Positions 15,822-32,336 of a DNA stretch of 64,000 nt are shown here, in pieces (the first letter of the stretch is position 1; every line of letters starts with the position of its first letter). Under the pieces are notes generated by a model. That model had not been told where the DNA came from. It did no database searches and saw nothing but the letters and a program-made list of their open reading frames with translations. The stretch comes from Eledone cirrhosa (lineage: Eukaryota), in NCBI GenBank assembly GCA_964016885.1, contig OZ024751.1, positions 39,308,001 to 39,372,000 of the forward strand, given 5' to 3'. Made by a program: the position numbers and the translations under genes.

Positions 15822-16176
15822 CTTCTCTCAAGCCAATCCCTATGTCTTCTCTTGGGTCTCTGTCCCACTCACTCTCTCTCTCTCTCTCACACATACACTC
15901 TCTCTGACAGTCAATCTCTCTCTCACACTCTCTCTCACACAGTCTCTCTCACAGGTTCTCCCTGACCATCTCTCTGTCTCAGCCCCCCCCCCCCTCCCTC
16001 TCCTTCACACGTCTCAATAATGTCCATTATTTATTACAGGGACCAGTTCAGCGCCATCTAGTGAAACGCCTTGAAATTAAGCGAACTTAATAGAGCTCAC
16101 ATTGTTGGATTGCACTGCAGCGTATAACATGGCGATTGCTTCCTCCTGGTTTATGGCTTGTCACAGTTACAGCCAG

Positions 16177-16209
<33 letters not shown>

Positions 16210-16256
16210 AATCATCATCAGCGTCGTCATCATCGTCACCATCATCATCAGCATCG

Positions 16257-16288
<32 letters not shown>

Positions 16289-16593
16289 GTCGTCATCATC
16301 ATCATCATCATCATCATCATCAACATCATCATCATCATCACTATTATCATGCGTGTGTCGGTATGAGTTTGTATCTATTTCCTCCTCGTTAAAATTCAAG
16401 ATGGAATAGAAGACCAGAAAGAATAGTAGCAACAAGAGAGAACAGATAGTCAGTGAGAAGGTCACAGTATGTGTGGCGAAAGTACTTTGGCGAAATAATG
16501 AATAAGGAGCAATAAAGAGAAAGAGAAAATCGTATGATGCGTGTGTTTATTTTTATTGGAAATACTGGCAACATGACCATCACCAGATGTAAC

Positions 16594-16690
<97 letters not shown>

Positions 16691-16705
16691 TTATATATAT
16701 ATATT

Positions 16706-16764
<59 letters not shown>

Positions 16765-16847
16765 TAAAATAGCAAAGAATCGCTGCTTTCACCCTTAACG
16801 GGATCTTCTGAAACTCTTTGGATTTTAGTCTTCAAATTTATTATTAT

Positions 16848-16927
<80 letters not shown>

Positions 16928-17265
16928 TGCTCACATTTCAACCAGGTTTGATGGTCTTTATTCTCTCTCGTTCACGATTTCACCGAACTTATATTCATAG
17001 AAATTTTTGGACTTGACTCGCTCTTCCTCACTTTTCGTTGCTTCACCATCTTTGTTTGTTTACACTCTCGCTGTTCCCTTTATTTACATGTCCCAACGAC
17101 TTTCTTTAGCCGTTGCTCGTACCAACCGGAGGTATATGGTCTTTAAAGCGAAGAAATACCGATGATGGTTGGAAGATCACTGATGAAGGACCACTTTATT
17201 CATATGTAACCCATTTGCAACTCCGCAGCACGTTTATTCTCATATATATATATATATATATATAT

Positions 17266-17887
17266 AATATAAGATCAAAAGATGGTTAAAGGAGTTCCAT
17301 GTATTTTATTATGCGCATTTCAAAAACAAACATCATCATGCAATAATATTTGTGTTTTCATCAGATAAAACAGGAGAACATGATATGAAGGCTAAAAAAC
17401 ACTTGTGGATAGTGCAGTTTTAAATCAACATATGAAAAGTGGTTTTAGATTGATGTGTGATATTGGGAAAAATATTTTATTTAGAGAGGGGGGATGGAAA
17501 GGATGAAAAAGGGAAGGAGATGAGAGGGAGAGATGGGTGATAGAGAGAAAGAGATAGTTTTTATAACTGAGAGGAGATATATTGTTTTACATAGAGAGGT
17601 TGAAAACCGTTGGAAGATAATGTATAAATTAAAAATTAAAAAAAATTTTGAAAATTAACGAAGGGAGGATATGTGCGAGGAAAAAATATTTTATTTAGGG
17701 AGGGGGGGGATGAAAAAAGGGGGAGGAGATGAGAGTGAAGGTGGAGAGGGAGAGATGGGTGATAGAGAGAAAGAGATAGTTTTTATAACTGAGAAAACAC
17801 AAATATTATTGCATGATGATGTTTGTTTTTGAAATGCGCATAATAAAATACATGGAACTCCTTTAACCATCTTTTGATCTTATATTA
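17266..17887. mobile_element. HHR-bearing non-autonomous element with ~95-bp inverted termini (Penelope-like geometry)
   Basis: About 17266-17359 is the reverse complement of about 17793-17887. There is an internal ~115-bp direct duplication, and the HHR lies in the left arm. Confidence 0.7.
17304..17370 (-). ncRNA. Type I hammerhead ribozyme
   Basis: Minus strand TTTTAT-CTGATGA-long AU-rich stem II (CAAATATTATT/GATGATGTTTG)-GAAA-TGCGCA-TA-ATAAAA. Palindromic stem III. Confidence 0.75.
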
Positions 17888-17974
17888 TGTATACTCCAGT
17901 CCTACAAACTGTAGAGTGCTTCTTATCCGATATCTGCATTGCTTTATTGTACTACAATAAAACTCACCTCCTAC

Positions 17975-18043
<69 letters not shown>

Positions 18044-18245
18044 CGTCATCTGAGAGGTAATTGTAACTATGATAGAATGAAATGAAAACACGATACGCAA
18101 ACAAGACAGCTAAGCATAAGATTTTGTTGATACTCAGTGTATAATGAAGGTGTCCGAATAATTGGAGCAGATTATTCGGAGACCATCATGAAACTGTGAG
18201 TTCCTACGAAAGCCTAAACTAGGATGTCATGTCGAGTATTTTAGG

Positions 18246-18311
<66 letters not shown>

Positions 18312-18775
18312 AGGGAGTGTAATTTGGAGTTACTGTAGGTTCACCCAGGTGAGCACTCGATGTTTAGGTTCACTTCAGTGTCGAGGTATATAGCTATACA
18401 GAGTGTATTATAGTGAAAAAATAACAAGGACGATTGGTTACTCCTTCATTACATTTATTGGTTGGTGATGCGCGTTTCGCCACTGATCAGCTCAAGGTTC
18501 GATCTGTATCGATCTTACACGACTCTGTAATCTGCGGCTCGACGGACTCCTTGAAATGCTAGTAGAAAATGGATACGCACATCTTTATACATACCCTTAT
18601 TCACTATCACCACTATTATCAGCAATCGTATTCTGTACTTATTATTATTATTCTTTTTTACATATTTTTTACATCTATAAATTCTTTACTTCTTTATCAT
18701 TATCTTTTATTATTGATGTTATTGTTTTGATTCTCCGTTGTATCTATATATACCAATGCCATATGTAAAGCATCC

Positions 18776-18888
18776 AGTATTCCGATGATTTGATCAGAGG
18801 TAAACACTGTATTTAAGGTCGAGTGACGCAACTTCGAGTGATTAGCGGCCTTTAGTATCACCTGATCAATGAAACAATTGTTAATACT
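18776..18888 (+). ncRNA. Hammerhead-like motif, core variant CCGAUGA
   Basis: AGTATT-CCGATGA-T TTGATCAG...CTGATCAA T-GAAA-CAATTG-TT-AATACT. All three stems are intact and stem III is palindromic. Confidence 0.65.
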
Positions 18889-19092
18889 TGGAATAAAACC
18901 CTTTTAGTACAGCCGACCATGTTATTCTTCAATCTTTCACTATTATTATTCCAAGTATAACGTGCATAGGAATTCTCGCGAGCTCTCTACCTAACTATGG
19001 AAACCTCTTGTTGAGTCAAAGCCGTATGTTAAAACTATCCACGACGTGGAGTACTCACAACCTCTAACTGGATTACCTATAACGATAACTTG

Positions 19093-19210
<118 letters not shown>

Positions 19211-19710
19211 GGAAAATAGTAAAATCGAATCTCTAGCGGTTTGCAAGTAAATTCGGCCTACTTATATGAAATGATGAGTTAGCAAAGCACTCGATAAGTT
19301 GGGGCCTTAGAGTAATAACATACGTTTAAATAGCTTGACAAATCGAACATTGTGGTAGGCGAATCTAACACACAATATATACCAAAGTAACGATAGAACT
19401 AATCAGTTGAGAAAAATACACCTGGACAAATCAAACGATCAATCGTTTAAAGTGTTTCTTTGAATCCGAAATCAAATATCAGACTTACGTGACTGGCAAG
19501 CTTGTGGTATTCATGATCGAACGGAGGTTTCAGTTTTTCAACAGGGTTTTCGTTCTACCAAGGATATATATATATATAATTGGCTGAAATCTATACAAAT
19601 ATAATGTATACCGATTACGTTACTCAACAAAGGAAACTCAGTGAACATTAAGTACAGAGCCTAGTTTCTCAACTAGATATATGAAAGAGACTGTTTGTAT
19701 ATCGTTCCAA

Positions 19711-19745
<35 letters not shown>

Positions 19746-19829
19746 TAATAAATTAGAAGACTAAAATATATAAGAACGGTTAAGGGTGAAAGCACCGATT
19801 CGTTGCTTAAACTTTAATCTGTTATTTTA

Positions 19830-19911
<82 letters not shown>

Positions 19912-20315
19912 ATACCAGTATCTATGAACTTATTTGCGTCTGTATGTATGTGTGTATCTGTGTATCTGTGTGCGTCTATGAGTTTGAGTGTGTTTGTGAA
20001 TATGTGTGAGAGTGTGTAATTATGTTATCTGTCAGTGAGATAAAGCTGGTGAATCAGGCAGGAATTAATAAACTACAACTGCTCTATGCGATAATAAATC
20101 AGGTATTTATAGCAAATATTTTAATCATATGAAATCTACCACACGTCTCAGTTTTTCATTTAACTTCTGGATATAAACATTTCTGGAATTCTCTTGAAGA
20201 ATCTTTCAGCTTTTAATCAATATATTCTTCAGTTTTCTTTATTGTGTGGTATAGGAGACACATACACAATGAAACATACACATTCATATCGACACAAAGA
20301 TATAGATAGATACAC

Positions 20316-20374
<59 letters not shown>

Positions 20375-20398
20375 GTATATGAATATATATATATATAT

Positions 20399-20464
<66 letters not shown>

Positions 20465-20553
20465 ACAGGGTACGTGTAGGTTTGCTCAACGAGTATATAT
20501 ATACAGTATATGAATATATATATCTATATATATATATATATATATACAGTATA

Positions 20554-20623
<70 letters not shown>

Positions 20624-20803
20624 CGTTCCTCATTTAATTTTTTGGATTCTGTGAAGAAATTGTTTAAGTTTATCGTTAATTAAATTTAATTCCTCTTTGC
20701 TCTTGTAATTTTTATTTTTAAATTAAGAATTTTAATTATGCAACGCACAAATATATATATATATATATATATATGAGTATGTATACATATATATATATGT
20801 AAG

Positions 20804-20857
<54 letters not shown>

Positions 20858-20926
20858 TATATATGCATATATATATATATACATATATATATGTGTGTGT
20901 GTGTGTATACATTTAATATATATATA

Positions 20927-21067
<141 letters not shown>

Positions 21068-21318
21068 CATACGATCAGTCATTAGTTTATATAATGTATG
21101 CCAAGAAGAGTTTCCGTTGCTTCGTGGCATTCAACTCATTATCGGATGAATATATAAATAGTATTATAGCTTTCTGGAGACTCCTCGCTACATATGCAGA
21201 ATTGTAATAAATTACACATAAAATAGAAAGTATACGGTAATTACATATATATATATATTTATATATGTGTGAGTGTGTTTATGTGTATGCATATATATGT
21301 ATATATGTTTTTGTGTAC

Positions 21319-21369
<51 letters not shown>

Positions 21370-21414
21370 TATATAGGTGTACATCTATATATAATACTTA
21401 CATACATATATATG

Positions 21415-21446
<32 letters not shown>

Positions 21447-22214
21447 TACATGTATATATACATATATATATATACATGTATACATGTATACATATTTATA
21501 TATGTATATATATATATACAAATATATACGTGTATATATATACATATATATATGTATATATATATACTTATATATATATATATATATATACACACACATA
21601 TATATATATATGTATTTATACGCGCACACACACACATATTACATATATATATATAATACATAAAATAAATTAATAAAAAAGATATAATTATAAATAAATC
21701 AAATACTAGAAGACATAAAAGCTAAATATATATTTAATGATCATTTATATTGTATGAATAAGTGTTATTTCCGTTATTTATAGATAATTTTCTACACATT
21801 TTTAGTTTTAATTGATAAAAATAAATATATATAAAGGAACATAAATAAGATTTTAAAATGGAAGCTTTGCATGTTTTGCACCGAAACTTTAGGGTTTTGT
21901 TACTTTAGTATTTTTGTTATTTTATCTATATTATATCTATATTATATCTTTATTTTTCTATATTTATTTATTCCGTATTGATTAATCGAGGAATAAATAA
22001 TTTATTTATTTCGTTTTAGCATTTTATTACTTAATACATCTGAATACAAAGAAACGCCATATCTAAACATGTTTGTATGTAACACGTGTTATAGCCTGCA
22101 TGTAACCATGTAATATAGACAGACATGTATACAGCGTGTAACTGGTTCATTGTTGTAGAAGTTTACAGAAACACACGCACTTGCACTTGCACACACATAC
22201 AAACACCACACACA

Positions 22215-22248
<34 letters not shown>

Positions 22249-22288
22249 AATGTGTGTGCAAACGCACGTACACACACATACAGGATGG

Positions 22289-22350
<62 letters not shown>

Positions 22351-22476
22351 GAAAGGTATATATATATATATATATACAATACTTTAACAGAGAAAGCCTT
22401 AAGCTATACTCTGACTGGCTTCCATCTCACTCAACAAACATATGTAACCGATTTGCAACTCCACAGCGCCCTTATT

Positions 22477-22539
<63 letters not shown>

Positions 22540-22820
22540 AGATACTATTTATAGTTATGTATATTTTAAACTATAAACAGGGAAGGTCAGTAATGTATTA
22601 CTACCTTATTACCAGTAAGATAAATACCTCAATGTAAGAACATCAGTTGTTCTACAGAGCAGTTATATCGAATTCACAAGGATCAAAGCTATGTTCAAAA
22701 CATTTATTCACTTACAATTGTTTCATCCAAACCTAGGCGTGGAGTCTTCGGACCATTTTTTAATGCTTGTACATATAATTGACCTCCTATCCAACGCAAG
22801 AGACATACAGATATATATAT

Positions 22821-23076
22821 ATATACGATATTAACAAATGGAAACTATAGTTATAAAACCATATCTATTTCATTATACATATTTCAAGGATACCAAGTTA
22901 AATTATGGTATGCCTTCATCAGACAAAATACAATATATACCAGTTTTATAAATAAACATTGACGTACCCTTTCAAAATGCGACCGTTACTTTTGGAAGAC
23001 ATCAGGATAGTGAAATATGTATAATGAAATAGATATGGTTTTATAAATATAGTTTCCATTTGTTAATATCGTATAT
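22821..23076. mobile_element. HHR-bearing mini element with ~65-bp inverted termini
   Basis: 22821-22886 is the reverse complement of 23011-23076. A related copy lies at about 48708-48840. Confidence 0.7.
22866..22930 (-). ncRNA. Type I hammerhead ribozyme
   Basis: Minus strand TATTTTGT-CTGATGA-AGG C ATACCA...TGGTAT CCT T-GAAA-TATGTA-TA-ATGAAATA. Homologue at 48747-48808. Confidence 0.75.
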
Positions 23077-23161
23077 CTACTCCAAATACTTGTCGAGTGC
23101 TTTATATCAGTTATAAAAATATTTGCTTGTTGTATCCCAACAATTTAAATAGAACGTTTGC

Positions 23162-23231
<70 letters not shown>

Positions 23232-23275
23232 TTGAAAAGGGAAGTAGGGTTCTATACATAACAGTGGTTATAGAG

Positions 23276-24025
23276 AAAAGGTGAGATTGGAAATAGTACT
23301 GAAAATATATTTAAGGGTCCACAGAGTGCAACAGAGATGAAACATGGATTAGAGGTTAAAATATAGTCTAGATATACGAGAAACAAAACGATGATGTAGT
23401 TTATGGAACACCCAAATGATTTAGAAGTCGACCTTAAGTAGGAGAAATAACATTAAGAACGACACCAAATCATTTTGTATTGAAAATGTTGAAAGTAGGT
23501 TTATAAGTATGAATTTTCAGCATATATCATTAGCAATCTCAGTGGCCTAGGGGTAGACACAAGAGACCGTGGATATGCTGGACTTGGGTTCAATCCCGGT
23601 CGAGGGGTACGTGTAACCTTTTTCAGTTTTTATTCTACAACCAGTATAAAAAAACTGAAAAGGTTTATCGGTTACCCTACTCCCGACCAGGATCGAACTT
23701 GAGACCAGTATCGCTACCGTCTATGATTCGTCTCACTAGGCCACCGAGACAGCTACAATTGCTTAATGAAAATTAATAATTATAAACCTTATTTCAAAAT
23801 CAAGGTTTAAAAGTTATACTGTCTTTCGTGGCTTTCCCAGAGGTTTTAGTAATATTTAGAATCGACTGGCACATGCTTTATATACTTTATATACATTATA
23901 AAACTCTATTTTTTAAAAGAATTGTCCCTCTCATTTCTTCAATAATACCACTGACGAATCAAAGAAAAGGAATAAAAAAGAAAAACAGACCATAAATATA
24001 TTCTCAGTGCTATTTCCAATCTCAC

Positions 24026-24030
<5 letters not shown>
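23276..24030. mobile_element. Fold-back/MITE-like element with ~43-bp TIRs and two convergent tRNA-like cassettes
   Basis: AAAAGGTGAGATTGGAAATAG... (23276-23319) is inverted at 23988-24030. An internal diverged palindrome is centred near 23637, with A/B boxes on both strands. Confidence 0.65.
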
Positions 24031-24085
<55 letters not shown>

Positions 24086-24122
24086 TATATACACATATAT
24101 ATATATACACATATATATATAT

Positions 24123-24282
<160 letters not shown>

Positions 24283-24333
24283 GTCGCACCAAGGCCTCCG
24301 ACTGTCGGCTGGAACACGTAATAGAGTAATTAA

Positions 24334-24396
<63 letters not shown>

Positions 24397-24445
24397 ATAA
24401 GTAAAAGCGAAGTAGTTTCACATGTTCAAGTCCTTTAATAATAAG

Positions 24446-24519
24446 GCTGTGATATATATTTCAATGACGACACTGGCCACACTGTTCTGTGTGCGAGTGT
24501 CGTGACATCATCAGACAGC
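24446..24519 (-). ncRNA. Type I hammerhead ribozyme (same family as 8994-9068)
   Basis: Minus strand GCTGT-CTGATGA-stem II (ACGACACT/AGTGTCGT)-GAAA-TATATA-TC-ACAGC. Confidence 0.75.
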
Positions 24520-25164
24520 TTGTTACATAATAAGGTTATGTTTCCGAGGCAATCCAAGTTGAATCGACATGGGAACGGACGAAATGTGTGCTTTTGGGTT
24601 CTTCATCCGTTCCCCTGTGAGTACCAATTCACCCCCACCGGTCTGCGCAGGCGCATGTCCGAAGGAAGTTGACCATTAGCTACCGCAGATATCAATGAAA
24701 TTCGCTTAGTGAGTTCACCCTCTCAGCCAAACAATGGCCCATCTAGGCCTGTACCATAGTTTACTGCTACCCATCCCGACTGTGGCAGTCAGCCGAAAGC
24801 CAGAGGGGATGGGAGAGTGTTAGTTTTTACAGTTCACAATACTACCTCTCACCAAGCATGGACAGTACGACTGAACATCAACTTCCAAGAGAAAATATAC
24901 TTACTTCTAGGTATCATGGTTTTACATTGGAAGTTATGAGTGAGAGTTGGAAATAAAAATTAAAATCCTAAATCAAAAATTATAAATTAAACAATTTAAA
25001 AAATTATGAATTAAACAATTAAAAAATTAACAATTAGAAATTAAAAAATTTTTCAACTGGGAATCCGGATTGAGGTGAGTAAAAAAAAAAATTATATATA
25101 CATATAAACGGAAAAATGAAACGAAATTTCATTTCTGACTCTTAGTACGGCTGTTACTTAAATA

Positions 25165-25783
<619 letters not shown>

Positions 25784-26912
25784 TACCTGTGTGTATGTGT
25801 ACGTGTATATATGTGTGTTATTTGAGAAGTAGCTTTATGTCGCGGGTCTAAATCCACAAGATTCAAACTGAAAAGAATGGAAATTTGTTTATAAAAAATT
25901 TTTTCTTTAGAAAGTCTTTTTTACGTAGATAGCGCTAACATTCAGAAAATAACGTCTACTAACCAAGCCTTTTATTGTGAATATATTTCATATATTTTCT
26001 GGTTGTTGTTGTTGTGTCTTTGTTTGTTCGTCTTGAATTGTTACTGTTGTTGTGGTTGTTACTGTTGTTGTAGTACTTGCTGTAGTGGTGGCTGTGGTGC
26101 TGTAGTGTTTGTTGCTGTTGTTGTAGCATTTGCTGAGATGGTTGTTGTTGTGGTTGTTGCTACTGTTGTTGTAGCAGTTGCTGTGGTGTTGTAGTGTTTG
26201 TTGCTGTTGTTGTAGTACTTGCTGAGATGGTTGTTGTTGTGGTTGTTGGTTGTTTTTATTATTGATTTTGTTGATTTTGTTGTTATGATTGTAACTGTTG
26301 TGGTTGTAATGCTTTTGTTTTGTTTGTTATTTACTAATTGGGAATTGAAAGTCAATGACGTCCACATTGAAAGAAATGTGTGAAATAAGTTTTATAAAAG
26401 TTCAGAGCAGCAATGAGATTTAGATGATGGCGGAACAATTGATGGCAAGACAGACTAAAGACTTGCTTCCGGCAATTATTGAACCAAAAATCCAGAAACT
26501 ATCTATAAACCTGGAAATACTCTGGAGAGTAAGAGGAAAAGAATATGCAAAGAAATCTTGTATTTTTCAAATTCGATACATCTAGCGGGAACATCTAGCC
26601 TTCGGTACATGCAACGACTGAATAACGAGCAGCCAATTATATTGTCGATATGTGATGTTCCTTCCAAAACAACAACAAAACGTCTTCAGAGAATTTCAGT
26701 AGTTTTTCAATATGGATATATCTGCTTTAAATGTGTGTATGTGTGTGTCATGAATATATGGAATGTGTAGTGTGTGTATATGTGTGAAATAAGCTGTCTG
26801 AATGTATATACACACGAACATAAGATAAAATGCCGGTATACCTAGCTAGGCGCCAGCGGGACGGACCAGTTAGTGTATATATATATATATATATATATAT
26901 TAATGTATGTTA

Positions 26913-26997
<85 letters not shown>

Positions 26998-26998
26998 T

Positions 26999-27034
<36 letters not shown>

Positions 27035-27136
27035 TCAAACGATCCCGTATAGGTGGAGAGGAGAAATTCTTTGCTTAAACATTAATATATATATATATAT
27101 ATATAAGTTATCCCGGGTTCAATTGGGGGTAACCAC

Positions 27137-27187
27137 AGCTTCCTGATGATTTCTCACGAATGAAACAGTTCTAGTCCTGTAGAAGTT
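27137..27187 (+). ncRNA. Type I hammerhead ribozyme in an ~85-bp island between (TA)n tracts
   Basis: AGCTTC-CTGATGA-T TTC TCAC GAA T-GAAA-CAG TTCTAGTC CTG-TA-GAAGTT. Full stem III. Confidence 0.82.
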
Positions 27188-27191
27188 TTTA

Positions 27192-27299
<108 letters not shown>

Positions 27300-27485
27300 T
27301 TTAATACAATAACAGAGATAGTTTAAAGCTAATCTCTGACTGGTAACCATCTCACTCAACAAACATTAGGTTATATTTTAATATAAACCCAATTTAAGTG
27401 TTTGGGGTGCTAACAATATGTATTATGTGGAAAAGCCAGTTGTATTATTTTATGAGATATAATTAAAGTTAAAATATATCTCTCT

Positions 27486-27521
<36 letters not shown>

Positions 27522-27829
27522 AAAGTAAATAACAACAACAATGAGTAAAGTTACGAAAGGTGTTAGGTATTATATTGTTATATTATATATTATATGTAGC
27601 ATATATATATGATGTGTGTATATATATGATGTGTATATATATGATGTATGTATGCATGTAAGTAGGTAGGGAGGTAGGTAAGAATTTAGGTTGGTAGAGA
27701 GGTATGTCCGTACGTATGTTACGACGGCACCCCTACAATGCAATCAGAAGTTTAGGTCCCATGGCGTAATTGGTATATCAACTGGGAATCTATATGTGAC
27801 TGTCGGTGTTGCTGCAGCAGTGGTTGGGG

Positions 27830-28185
27830 TGGGAAGAAAGTGAGGGCTTTGGCTGTGGTTGTCGGGTGGGATGGGTGTGAGGCTGGAGTTATTGTTATGG
27901 GTGAGGATGAGTGGGAGGCAAGCGTTGTGATTCTGGGTGGAGCTGGTGTCGTGTTTGTGGGTGAAGATGACGGTGAAGCTGAGGTTGTGGTTGTGGGTGA
28001 GGATGAGGGCGAGGCTGTGGTTGAGGCTGTGGGGGAAGATGAGACCGAGGCTGGAGTTATGGTTATGGGTGAGGATGAGGGCGAGGTTGGGGTTGTGGTT
28101 CTGTGTGAAGCTGGTGTTGTGTTTGTGGGTGAAGATGAGGGTGAGGCTGGGGTTGTGTTTGTGGGTGAAGAGGAGGGAGTGGCCT
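27830..28185. repeat. Degenerate G/T-rich minisatellite
   Basis: Recurring GTGGGTGA(G/A)GATGAGGG(C/T)GAGGCTG. Confidence 0.7.
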
Positions 28186-28373
28186 GATCAAAGATAAAAA
28201 GTAGATGTGAAGTTGGTGTATTGGTACGACTTTAAAATAAACCATAGGTTTCTTGGTACATTAACTGAGAAGATTATGGCTGTCAGAGGTAAAATTATAC
28301 ATACATACCTATTTCTGTCTGTTTCTCGATGCTTTCAACACCCACTCCACTTCTATCATTTTATTTCTATAGA

Positions 28374-28440
<67 letters not shown>

Positions 28441-28453
28441 GTGTGTGTGTGTG

Positions 28454-28511
<58 letters not shown>

Positions 28512-28615
28512 ATATATATATATATATACATACACACATGCATATATACATATATGTATGTATATTTATGAATATATATATATGTCTGTATGTAATTATC
28601 TATCTGTCTCTCTCA

Positions 28616-28699
<84 letters not shown>

Positions 28700-28800
28700 C
28701 AGTGTGACTCTGATTGTATGGGTTTATTGAAAAAGAATTGTGTCTATTTTAGTTTTAATTATTCAATAATAACCCTAACATCAATAATAACCCTAACATC

Positions 28801-28846
<46 letters not shown>

Positions 28847-29062
28847 TTAATAATAATAATGATAATAATACCAATTAAATAATGACATAAGTAATTCTAA
28901 TTGACATTTTCTTGAAGGATTTTATGCAGAAAGAGATGACGACTGAACTAATTTAATATTTTTTCAATTACTAATCTTTTTAGTAGTGGTTTTGTTATTT
29001 TTGTGATAGATTTAATCTCACAATTATATCTATATATATATCTATATATATATATATATATA

Positions 29063-29148
<86 letters not shown>

Positions 29149-29304
29149 AATACATATATATATGTATTTATGCACTCGAACTCATACGCGCACACAGACT
29201 CACAGATCTACCTATCTATGTATATAAAAAAGTCTATACATATATATATGTACATATACATACAGATTTATTAGTTATATATATATCTATATATATATGT
29301 GTGT

Positions 29305-29415
<111 letters not shown>

Positions 29416-29472
29416 CATGAGTATATAAGTGTGTGGGTGTATTCAGGAATTGATGAAGATTCTTTTAACCCT

Positions 29473-29583
<111 letters not shown>

Positions 29584-29618
29584 ATCTCTATACGTCTAAA
29601 ACAATCTCTATACGTCTC

Positions 29619-29675
<57 letters not shown>

Positions 29676-29928
29676 CATACATACATATATACATACATAC
29701 ATTATACATGTCACATGCGATTCACATGCAGATATGGAAAAGTCGAGAGGTAATACAAATGAAAAATAAATGATAGTTAAAAGTATAAGAAAAAAACAAA
29801 ATGTCGGAAGTGAAGTAAAAACTTCGTAATACCATATCAGTGTGTCAGGTTGGTTAAATATATAAATTGGGTGGCTACATGAAGGGATGCAAGTTCAAAA
29901 TAATTATTTCAGTATAAATAATACAGTC

Positions 29929-30111
<183 letters not shown>

Positions 30112-30270
30112 TATATATATACACATACACACAAAGGGAAACTTATACATACATCACATCACATACACTCTCTCACACATAACACATATGCACAAACACA
30201 ATACACATATACATACATATATATGTGTATATATAGATATATACATATATATATACATATATATATATAC

Positions 30271-30383
<113 letters not shown>

Positions 30384-30526
30384 CATATATATACATATAT
30401 ATATATATATAAATATATATATATATATGTACGTGTATATAAATATATATATATATACATATACATATATATACATATATATATATATATACATATATAT
30501 ATTATAGTGAGAATGTGTGTGAGATA

Positions 30527-30573
<47 letters not shown>

Positions 30574-30934
30574 AAAGGGAGGAAAATAAAAATTTCTGCT
30601 CTCTGAAAACGATGTTCTATTGAAAAGAAAATACGAAAGATGTCAAAAGAAAATTGGAAAACCATTTCACAATTTTGACAAGCTGTAAAATCCAGGCTGT
30701 GTCCCAGCAAGCTGGTTTTCTGTGTCCTGCTAAGTTCTTGCCAGCAGGCTTGCTGGGTGGTTCATCAACACAGCACCATTTTCTTCTCTCTCTTTTACAT
30801 TATGTATATATATATATATAACTCCCTATCTATCTGTTTATCTATCTATCGGTAGATCTATATATCTATGTCTATTTATCTGTCCACCTAACTTTCTGCC
30901 TGTCCATCTATCTAAATATCTATATCTATCTATC

Positions 30935-30979
<45 letters not shown>

Positions 30980-31096
30980 TTTCCATGAATATCTCAAATT
31001 TAACCACAGGGATTTCTACAACGAATCGAATTGAAAATGACTGGTTATTTCTGGAAAATTACGAACAAGTGGGGGTTTTATATGCGTGAGCGTGTT

Positions 31097-31131
<35 letters not shown>

Positions 31132-31795
31132 GTGTGTGTATATATATATAACTATATATACATGTGTGTGTGTGTATGTATGTGTGTATGTATACAGTTA
31201 TATATTCATACATATGTATATATATATATATATACACATATATATATACGTTTACATATGTAGGCATGTTTACGCGATAGACACATACGTATGTACACAT
31301 GTATGAAGAAAAGCTTACACACACATATATATATACTTTCATAAATGCATGTATACCTTCATACATACATACATACATACATACATACATACATACATAC
31401 ATACATACATACATACCTTCATAAATGCATACATATATATTGCTTTTCTTTGGTCACCCTACCTGCAACACGATGTCGATTAGAAATAACTAATAGCTTT
31501 TTACCTCAGGTGAAACAAGATCTTATTGATCTGAGCTTTGCTTCCAATAAGATTGAAAATCGAACTTTTGAAGATTCGAGTTATTTATGTGCAAATAATT
31601 TTTGAAATCTCTTCCTTTTACTGGCTGGCAGGAAGTAACGTTGCAATGCATTAGACGTGTATCTTTATCATAAAGACGTTTGCCTTCAGCACGTAACCGT
31701 CGGCCATTTTTTAATGCTATATATTACGTTGTTATCGCATGAGATATTGCCTTAGATTCCATGAAATGAAACGCCATATTCTCAATATACTCTCA

Positions 31796-31910
<115 letters not shown>

Positions 31911-32064
31911 TCTCTCTCTCTCTCTCACTTTTCACTCTCAAGCCTAATATTATTTTCTTCCCTTGGATCATTGTGGCTCTTAGAAATCCTCCTTTCCTTC
32001 TCTCAGGTTCTTTCTCTCCCACGCTCTAATATTATTCCTCTCCCTTTCTTTCTCTTTTTCAAGT

Positions 32065-32140
<76 letters not shown>

Positions 32141-32296
32141 CCAATCACTTTGTCCTCTCTTGGAACTCTGTCACTCCTAAAATCCCACACATTTTCTCCC
32201 TCCCTCCCTCTCTCTCTCTCTCTCTCTCCTCTCTCACACATACATACCCTCTCTGTGTCTCTCACACACACATACACTCTCTCTTCCTCTCTCTCC

Positions 32297-32336
<40 letters not shown>

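Noticed and set aside
16771-16820. Minus-strand CAGAAGA-TCCC..GGGT-GAAA motif, related to about 19775-19810
   Set aside because: The core and cleavage site are degenerate, so it was not counted as an HHR.
18461-18550. Minus-strand GGCGAAACGCGCATC with similarity to about 48585-48607
   Set aside because: The 5' core and stem I are not recognisable.
22705-22758. Minus-strand CCGAAGA...GAAACAATTGTA
   Set aside because: Stems II and III are present but there is no convincing stem I.
23531-23755. Functional tRNA genes
   Set aside because: A and B boxes are present but I could not build a clean cloverleaf, so they are treated as tRNA-derived cassettes.
26830-26875. Possible Helitron 3' end (GC-rich stretch before TTAGT)
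   Set aside because: The hairpin is poor and there is no second copy in the window.
27840-28187. 115-aa acidic/Val-rich ORF
   Set aside because: It is a degenerate minisatellite with no recognisable domain or splice evidence.
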